64,000 nucleotides of DNA. It comes from Octopus vulgaris (Eukaryota). Positions within the stretch are counted from its first letter, which is position 1. Every line of letters starts with the position of its first letter. Both the position numbers and the translations under genes were made by a program. The DNA lies in contig CATOCA020000001.1 of NCBI GenBank assembly GCA_951406725.2, positions 7,812,001 to 7,876,000 of the forward strand, given 5' to 3'. Under the pieces are notes generated by a model. It had not been told where the DNA came from. It was given only the letters and a program-made list of their open reading frames with translations, and searched no databases. This document shows positions 55,600 to 64,000 of the stretch, in pieces.

Positions 55600-56644
55600 C
55601 TTCGCTGTGCTTCTCCAATTCTTTCACTCCCTCTCTCAACCGATACACTCCCTCTCCCATCGTTGTCTCAGAGGAGACCCCCTCACTCTCTCTCTCTCTC
55701 TCTCCCTCTTTACCACCTCATATATCATAATATCCCTCTACTTCTTTTGCTTTCTCGCCCACGTCAATCCCTCCCCCTCAATTTCCAAACTCTCTCTCTC
55801 TCTCTCCCCCACCTCATTATATAATGCTCTATGACTACGCCTTCTTTGCTTTTATCTCTTACCTCATACTTTCCCTCTTTTGCTAAGCTTATATATCCCT
55901 CTTTACTCCCTTTCTATCTCTCTCTCTATACTCTCTCTCTCTATCACTCTCTCTCTCTATCAGCTCTCTCTCTCTCTCTCTCTGTCGCTTTGTCTGTCTC
56001 ATTATTTGCCTCTCTCTTTCTCACTCTCTTTTCTTACTCTCTCTCTCTCTCTATCTTCCAACCCCTGTCACTGTCACTCCCCCTCTCTCTCTCTTACCTC
56101 ATTATATATTAACTCTCCGCCTATTTTCTCCTTGTCTCTCAACTCCTACTCTCCCTCTCTATCAATTATGTTTTGTTCTAATCTCTCTCTCTCTCTCTCC
56201 TTCTTACTCTCCATCTTTCTCCCTCTCTTTCCGTCTCTCGCTTTTTCTCCCACTCACTCTCCCTCCTCCTCTCTTCAAAGAACGAAAGAATCACTTCGAC
56301 TTTCTTTCTTTCCTTCCTTTCCTTTCCTTTCTTTTCTTTCTTTCTTTCCTCTCCTTTCCTTCTTTCTTTCTTTCTTTCTTTCTTTTCTTTCTTTCTTTCT
56401 TTCTTTCCTTTCCTCTCTTTCCTTCTTCCTTTCTTTCTTTCTTTCCTTCTTTCTTTCTATCTTTCTTTCCTTCTTTCTTTCTTTCTTTCTTTCTTTCCTT
56501 TCCTTCCTTCCTTCTTCCTTTCTTTCTTCCTTTCTTTCTTTCTTACTTTCTTTCTTTCCTGCTTTATTTCTTTCTTTCTTTCCTTCTTTTCCTTTCCTTT
56601 CCTTCTTTCTTTCTTTCTTTCTTTCTTACTTTCTTTCTTTACTG

Positions 56645-56683
<39 letters not shown>

Positions 56684-56923
56684 TCCTTCTTGTTTCTTTA
56701 TCTTTTTGAGCCTTTGTTTCTTTTTTTCTTCCTTTACTATATTTCCTTCTTTCCCTGTTTTCTTGTTCTTTCTTTCTTTCTTTCCTTTTTCTTTTTATCC
56801 TTCTTTCTTTCTCACCTTTTTCCTTTCCTTCTTTTCTCTTTCTTTCTTTCTCTCTTTCTTTCTTTCTATTTGTCTCTAGCCTCGTTTCCTTCTTTCATTC
56901 ATTCTTTCTCTCTTACTATCTTC

Positions 56924-56967
<44 letters not shown>

Positions 56968-58110
56968 CTCTCTTTCTTTCTTTCTATTTGTCTCTAGCCT
57001 TGTTTCCTTCTTTCATTCATTCTTTGTCTCTTACTATCTTCTATTCTCTCTCTCTCTTTCTCTCTTTCTCTCTTTCTCTCTTTCTTTCTTTCTATTTGTC
57101 TCTAGCCTTGTTTCCTTCTTTCATTCATTCTTTCTCTCTTACTATCTTCTATTCTCTCTCTCTTTCTCTCTTTCTCTCTTTCTCTCTTTCCTTCTTTCTT
57201 TCTTTCTTTCTATTTGTCTCTAGCCTTGTTTCCTTCTTTCATTCATTCTTTGTCTCTTACTATCTTCTATTCTCTCTCTCTTTCTCTCTTTCTCTCTTTC
57301 TCTCTTTCTCTCTTTCTTTCTTTCTTTCTTTCTATTTGTCTCTAGCCTTGTTTCCTTCTTTCATTCATTCATTCTCTCTTACTATCTTCTATTCTCTCCC
57401 TCTCTTTCTCTCTCTCTTTCTTTCTCTCTTTCTTTCTTTCTTTCTTTCTATTTGTCTCTAGCCTTGTTTCCTTCCTTCCTTCATTCATTCTCTCTTACTA
57501 TCTTCTATTCTCTCTCTCTTTCTCTCTCTCTTTCTTTCTCTCTTTCTTTCTTTCTTTCTTTCTTGTCTCTAGCCTTGTTTCCTTCTTTCCTTCATTCTTT
57601 CTCTCTTACTATCTTCTATTCTCTCTCTCTCTCCTTCCCCTCTTTCTCTCTCTCATTCTCATCTCGTTCTTTATTACAGAATCACTTCACGTTTTTTTGT
57701 TTCTTTCCATCTTTCTTCCTCACTTTCTTGTTCTGTTTCTTTTTCTTCCATCGTTTCATTATTCCTTCCTTCCATCTTTTCTTTCTTTCTTTTTCCCTCC
57801 CATCCTTCCCTTCTTTCTTCTTTTCTCTCTTGATTTCCTTCTTTCTCGTTGTCTCTTCCTCCCTCTCTCCTTTCACTTTCTCTCTTGTCATCTCTGTAAC
57901 CCCATCTCTCAATCCTCCCTCTCTCTCTCTCTCTCTCTCTCCTTCAAACCCATCTCTTTGTCTCCCTCTTCTTCTCTCTCTTTAACTCTAACCCTTCCTG
58001 TATCTGACTGTCTGTCTGTCTACCTGTGTGTCTCTCTCCTTTTCTCTGCTTCTCTCTCTCTCTCTCTCACCTCATTATTTATTACTCTACCATTCTGCCT
58101 CTCTTCCCAT
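55600..58110 (+). repeat. Polypyrimidine (CT/CTTT) low-complexity tract with an embedded ~100-120-bp minisatellite (56860-57640)
   Basis: TTTGTCTCTAGCCTTGTTTCCTTCTTTCATTCATTC...CTTACTATCTTCTATTC recurs about seven times. Confidence 0.9.
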
Positions 58111-58599
58111 TTATAAGTCTGAAACCTATTTAGGGGTAATTTGGGGTCACTAAGTTTTAAAATTGCAATATTTTTCTTTTCTATCACATCACGTGATATT
58201 TCCCTATAGACTGGTCCTTATTAACCCACCCATAGCTCCATCTTTCAGAAATTTCTCGATGTGTTTTTGGTAGAGTAGCTTAGCAGTAAGAATCTCAGAG
58301 TCAGTTGAGCATTCAGTGAGTGAGGTTGTGACGCTCTGTTGGCCTCGTATACATACATGTATAGAAGTGTGTTTCCTAATATCTCTGTGCTTCAACGCTC
58401 GGTCGTCTCAATCTGCTTTGTTAATCTCTTCTTACTATCAACAAATGTACAAAAGACATCATCGTTAAACATTTCTGTTGAATATTTATTTTATCCAAGT
58501 ATTTCGACATCTATTTAGACAAACCTAGATACATAAATATGCTCTTTGTTCTTTTCTCTCTTTTCACATTTATCTCCTGAAATAATGCAGAGGTTCAGT

Positions 58600-59930
58600 A
58601 GCATGGTGTCATTGCGAAGGAAATGATTGAAATTCCCTGACACCTGTGGGTGTTTTACAGTATCAAGTCCAAGAATGAACATTGCTCAATTGACTTACCT
58701 GAAGATTAAAGTTGGCAATCGGTATAAATCATGGGTCCCGCTCAATATATGTAAACCCGGTGCCGAAAAATCTATGCCAATCGACAAAGGACTCAAACAA
58801 ACAACTAACTTTTGGCATTCCTATGGCATGGTAAGAACCGAAGAACCATATTAAAGATTGCTACTTTTGTCTCACAAATTCTTCTGGTTATAGCAAGAGA
58901 TTGCGACAGAACAAATCTGGATTCATCAAATCGTCCAATGTTTCACCCAGAACCCAGTTTCAAGGATCTACCGTCATTGCAAGATAAAACTGGTATATGT
59001 GAAGTAGATGTAAAACATGAAGATGACAGTGATACAGACTTTGTAGTAACATCGACCAAAGAACGTGAAAACCAGGCAGAACTCAAGTATTTCGTTAGAG
59101 ACCTACGACTGTCACAAGAGTTATCGGAACTTATCTTCTAGGCTTAAAGAGAAGAATGTGTTGCAGAAACGTGACTTTTTATCAGAACAAAGAAAAAGTC
59201 CTCTTAGCATTCATTACAACTGAAAATTATTTTGTTTACTGTTGTGACGTGGCGGGGCTGTTAAATGCGATGGGTGGTGGATACTATGACCGTAGTGAGT
59301 TTATAGATAGCTGAAAGAAGTGTCTAAAATGTTTGTTAGTCCATAATTGAAACTTGTTTGCTGCGCTTCCTATTGGTCACTCTGTGAACTTAAAAGAGAA
59401 TTATGATCACATAAAAGTTGAATTAGATTTACCCAAATCTGATGAACACAAATGGGTCATATGTGTGGATCTAAAAATGCTCAACTTTTTACTTGGTCAA
59501 CAAAGAGTTTACACAAAACATCCGTCTTTCCTGGGTTTATGCGATAACCAAACGAGAGACAATCATAGGGAGCCGGAAACTCTGGCAAGTAAGGAAAAGT
59601 TTGACTTTTGGAGAGAAGAATATCATACACGAAACACTTGTTGAGCGAGAGAAAATCATCTTCTCAACCCTTAATTTTAAACTAGACTAATGAAGTAATA
59701 TATCGAAGCTCTTAATGTGGAGAGTAGCTGTTTCGAATTCATATGTTTAGCATTTCCTGTGTTATGATAAAATAATGGATGGTGTTTTTTGATGGGTCAC
59801 AAATCCGAAAGTTAATGAAATGCCAGACATTCTCGTGCTCGATGACTGACGTAGAAAAAAGAGCATGGGATTCATTTGTGGCTGTTGTGAAAGGATTTGT
59901 AGCGAGTGAAAAGGCTGAAAACTACAATAA
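58600..59930 (+). pseudogene. Decayed DNA-transposon transposase, Chapaev3-like
   Basis: Fragments KVGNRYKSWVPLNICK, FGIPMAW*EPKNHIKDCYFC, LPIGHS, WVICVDLKMLNFLLGQQRVYTKHP, FDGSQIRKLM; many stops and frameshifts. Family assignment is from recalled motifs. Confidence 0.65.
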
Positions 59931-59994
59931 GGATTCATTATTTATTTGTCCTCATTTTGTTTGTTGTTCTCATTCCTAAGGTATTTTTCGATGT

Positions 59995-60056
59995 TATTAT
60001 TATTATTAAGGTCATTGCCTGGATTCGAACTCGGAATCTTGGGGTTAGTAGCCTGT
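59995..60056 (-). mobile_element. Truncated short tRNA-like SINE with (AAT)n tail
   Basis: Minus strand GGCTACTAACCCCAAGATTCCGAGTTCGAATCCAGGCAATGACCTT(AAT)n; same family as 61042-61220. Confidence 0.6.
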
Positions 60057-60059
60057 GGG

Positions 60060-61030
60060 CAATTATGGAGTGAATTTTATGGGTTATAAACCTAATATTT
60101 CCCTATCCTTCCTTAATACCGGTTCCCATATGCTGCTCATATCTGCACTCGGTCTGCTTAGGAGGATGTTGTGTCTTTGCATATGTGCTGCTTCTTTTAG
60201 TTTTCCTATTTTCCAGTGGTGTTCTCTGTCTATTATTTTAACTTCATCCCACCCGGATGAGGTGGTCTCCATTTTTCCATACATGATCACCTATACCCGT
60301 TTTATCAATATCTCCTCGTGTCACAGCTTTGCGATGTGCGTCTACCCTTATTTTGAGTGGGAGGCATGTTTCGCCTTTGTATAACCTACCACAGCTGCAT
60401 GGGATGGAGTACACGCAGTCTTTGGTCATATTCTCTTCTATTGGTGGTTTAACTCGAAGGAAATATTTGCGAAGTGTTGTATTACTCTTGAATGCTGTCC
60501 TGATGTCATATGGGCCGCATATCTTTTGTATCTTTTCGGAGAAGCCTTTCACATAGGGTAGACAGACTGTGGACAGTTTATTGGTTTCATCCTCTCTTTT
60601 CTTCATAATTAGAGTGGATTGTATATTTTGGGGTAGTTGTTACTTAATAGATTGTTACTTAGCTTGATCATTTCTTCGTTGTGGGTATCACAATCGCTAC
60701 TTATATTCTTTACTCGATGTTTTAGGCACTGAGCAATCCCTCTCTTTACACTGTATGGATTGTAGGAATTGAAGTTGAGGTATCGTCCGGTGAAGGTCGG
60801 CTTGTAGTATACGGATGTGCTGAATCCATACTTGGTGCATGTTATTAATACGTCCAGGAATGCCAGCTGATTGTATTTCTCCTTTTCCATTGTGAACTGT
60901 ATGGATGGCTTTATTGAGTTCACATGATATAACAGCACTTGAGCATATTCCTGGTGGGGCCAGACTATAAACGTGTCATCAACATATCGTAGCCATAGGG
61001 TTGGTTTTAGTGGTGTTGATACTAAGATTC
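60060..61030 (-). mobile_element. Penelope-like element fragment: RT C-terminus plus GIY-YIG endonuclease, frameshifted
   Basis: WLRYVDDTFIVWP, NSIKPSIQFTMEKE, LAFLDVLI, VYYKPTFTGRYLNFNS, LPYVKGFSEKI, CVYSIPCSCGRLYKGET, RVDAH, KLKEAAHM. Confidence 0.85.
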
Positions 61031-61041
61031 ACTCCATAATT

Positions 61042-61142
61042 GCACACGGGCATATGACGCAGTGGTTAAGAGCGCGGGCTACTAACCCTAAGAGTCTGAG
61101 TTCGATTTTCGATTCCAGACAGGGACCTGAATAATAATAATG

Positions 61143-61220
<78 letters not shown>
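61042..61220 (+). mobile_element. Short tRNA-like SINE with (AAT)n tail
   Basis: A box TGACGCAGTGGTTAAGAGC, anticodon-arm-like GGGCTACTAACCC, B box GAGTTCGATT, then (AAT)n. Confidence 0.65.
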
Positions 61221-61223
<3 letters not shown>

Positions 61224-61239
61224 GCAACACGGAAAATAT

Positions 61240-61650
61240 GTAGTACTCCTTGGAGTAGTCCGTCCGCTTTGGTCCTCCCGTGACTCCCACCTCTCACCTG
61301 TGGTTCATCAATGCTATCTGCATGCAACAGTATCCACACCCGGCTCACGGCTTCCACAGGCTGGCTAAACCATGGTAAGGGTAGCACACGGCCTTTAACC
61401 ATTGGTGGACTAGGGCTTGTCTATCTAAGGATGTGAACCGGTTGAGTGTGCTGAGGAAACCACTAGACAGGCTCAACGGACCAGCAAATTTGTGGAGGGT
61501 GAACTGCAACCTGTCTGTAGTTTTCTTGACTTCATCCTTCCACTGGAATCACAGAGGAAGGGACGAGAGAGTGAGCCAGATGCTATTGTGCAACCTTCCC
61601 TCACTTTAATCCATGTCACGCTCAATTCAAGATATCACACCATCCCAGGG
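61240..61650 (-). mobile_element. Possible RTE-clade 5' UTR fragment
   Basis: Minus strand AAAGTGAGGGAAGGTTGCACAATAGCATCTGGCTCACTCTCTCGTCC...TCCAGTGGAAGGATGAAGTCAAG resembles RTE 5' regions as I recall them; not searched. Confidence 0.4.
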
Positions 61651-61662
61651 TCAGGTAAAATA

Positions 61663-61900
61663 TTGGGTTGGTGCATAATTATTGCGGCTATTTTTCAACA
61701 AATATTATTCAACAAAAACAATAAAAATATTTATCAAAAACATCTTTACATGATCGTCTATCAAGCGAATGGGAAGCAGTTATTGAAGTAGATGGTGAAT
61801 ATGCTCCGGAATAATCATTTAACGATGTTTTGTTACATGTTATTGTTTTTGTTGAATAAAATTTGTTGAAAAAAGCCGCAATAATTATGCACCAATCCAA
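61663..61900 (+). mobile_element. Mariner-derived MITE
   Basis: Long TIRs TTGGGTTGGTGCATAATTATTGCGGCT.../...AGCCGCAATAATTATGCACCAATCCAA; TA on both sides; internal remnant RLSSEWEAVIEVDGEYAPE* resembles a mariner transposase C-terminus. Confidence 0.85.
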
Positions 61901-62719
61901 TATATGGACACACACACACACAAGTCGGTCGACAATGGCAAAGAGACGGACGGAACAACGGTTCGCTTATTGATGAGAGAAACGGATGTGAGGACATCTG
62001 GATGGAACGCCTCTTCAGAGAGCATCGTGCGGTGTGTGGAGGGAGAGAAAGGGACGGAGCGACGGCGAGTGATGCCTATTATTAAAAAGAGTGAGAATAA
62101 TATAAAATAGTGTTTATAACACATTATCGATAAATATCGAACATTGATCAATGGAATTAGTACAGATTGCGACTCCACGTCACTGATTCGTTTTTTATTT
62201 CGCTTTTTCACATTTCCAATTCTTTACTTTTCCTTTCACTCTGCCTGCAATCGTCACACAGTTTGCATGGTCGCTGGAGTGAAGTGGCTTAGAGGTTAGG
62301 GGTATTCGGCTTAGATTTGGGGTGATATATTAATATATGCTGAGGTGGGAGAGAGAGGATTTTCTAAGTACCCTTAATTTTTATATGAGTGACAACACAA
62401 AACTTTTATATACCTGGCTGTTATTTCTAGCATCACGTAGGACCACCAATTGTGTATTATTCCTCCGGATGCTTCTTAAGGTCTCCTTCAATCTTTCATG
62501 AAAAACAATGCAGAATATAATGTATTGAACTGTTATTTCTACCATCTTACCCGACAACCTGTAGGACAATATGTTTGATAGACGCTTCGTCAAGTGTCCT
62601 GCTTTTATAAAATAAAAACTTTAGAAATTTCAAGGTGTTTGGTTGCTGTTTCACGAATGATGCGAGACAATAGAGAGGTGAGATTCTTTTATAAAAGTCG
62701 AAATGGTTTTGGGAGGGAA

Positions 62720-64000
62720 ACAATGAGATTAAGGGAAAGAAAGAGAGTGAGAGAGAGAGAGAGTAAAAGGAAGGAAAGAATGAAAGAGAGTGAGAGAGAG
62801 AGAGAGAGAGAAAGGAAGAAAGAAAAAAAGAAAAAAGAAGGAATGAAAGAAAAGAGAAAGGAAGGAATAAAGTAACGTGATTCTGTAATAATGCATGAAA
62901 TCAGAGCGGAAGTAAGAAAGAAAGAAAGGAAGAAAGGAAGAAAGGAAGGAAGGCTGGAAGGAAGGAAGGAAGGAAGGAAGGAAGGAAGGAAGGAAGGAAA
63001 GAAGGAAATAAGGAATGAAGGAAATAAGGAAGTAAAAGAAGGAAGGAAAGAAGGAAGTAAGGAAAGAAAGAAAGAGAGACAGAAACAAAGAAAGAAAGAA
63101 AGAAAGAAAGTAAAAAGGAAAGAAAGAGAGACAGAAACAAAGAAAGGGAGAAAGAAAGGAAGAAAGGGAGAAAGTAAGAAAGAAAGGGAAACAGAAAAGA
63201 AAGAAGGTTAGAAGGAAAAAGAGGGAAAGATAGAAAGAATGAAAGAAAAAAGAAAAAAGAAAGAAAGAAGGAAAAAAGAAGGAAAGAAAGTGAGAAGGAT
63301 AAGAGCAGGGTGAGAGCGAGAGAGAGAAAAAGGAGACAAGGAAAGGAAACGAAGCAACGACAGAAAAAAGAAAGGAAGAAAAATGAAAGACGGATTGAAG
63401 AAGGAAAGATGAGAGGGAAGAAAGAAAAAAGAATGAAGGTAAGAAGAAGGAAATGAAAAACAGAAAGTAAAGAAAGAAATAAGGAAAATAAAGGAAGGAA
63501 GGAAAGAAAGAATGAGAGAATGAAGGGTAAGAAGAAGGAAATGAAAAAGAAAGTAAAGAAAGAAATAAGGAAAATAAAGGAAGGAAGGAAAGAAAGAAAG
63601 AAAGAATGAAGGGTAAGAAGAAGGAAATGAAAAAGAGAAAGTAAACCAAGAAATAAGGAAAATAAAGGAAGGAAGGAAAGAAAGAATGAGAGAAATGAAG
63701 GAAGAAAGAAAGAAAGAAAGAAAGGAAAGAAAGAAAGAAATGAGGGAAATGAAGGAAGGAAAGAAAGAAAGAATGAGAGAAATGAAGGAAGAAAGAAAGA
63801 AAGAAAGGAAAGAAAGAAAGGAAAAGGAAAAAAGAAATGAAGGAAGAAAGAAAAAAGAATGAAGGGTAAGAAGAAGGAAATGAAAAAGAGAAAGTAAAGA
63901 AAGAAGTAAGGAAAATAAAGGAAGGAAGGAAGGAAAGAAAGAAAAAAGAATGAAGGGTAAGAAGAAGGAAATGAAAAGAGAAAGTAAAGAAAGAAATAAG
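62720..64000 (+). repeat. Polypurine (GAAA/GGAA) low-complexity tract
   Basis: Directly visible. Confidence 0.95.

Overview
Eukaryotic, repeat-saturated DNA. The SINE repertoire and (TA)n density suggest an octopod cephalopod (inference). The only host gene I can support is five GT-AG exons (5572-26375, + strand) encoding the C-terminal half of the kinase domain and tail of a doublecortin-like kinase (DCLK). Nearly all ORFs in the supplied track are microsatellite or SINE artefacts. The rest is mobile DNA: at least five SINE families (often in tandem arrays), three long CR1-group LINEs (one nearly intact, with a CCCH zinc-finger ORF1), two Tx1/L1-type LINE copies ending in (TCTA)n, RTE fragments, a head-to-tail Helitron array, a probable solo LTR, a decayed Chapaev-like transposase, a Penelope-like RT/GIY-YIG fragment and a mariner MITE. 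Two things stand out. (1) Three unrelated small non-coding repeats within 29.5-43.6 kb each carry a type I hammerhead-ribozyme fold, with three different versions of the 3-8 core pair (C-G, U-A, G-C). They have Penelope/retrozyme-like architecture: partial tandem, long inverted repeat and a 15-unit array. (2) Bases 1-4000 are a deletion-riddled reverse-complement copy of about 4290-10900, most likely a long-read fold-back artefact. All folds and alignments were done by eye and need computational and experimental confirmation.
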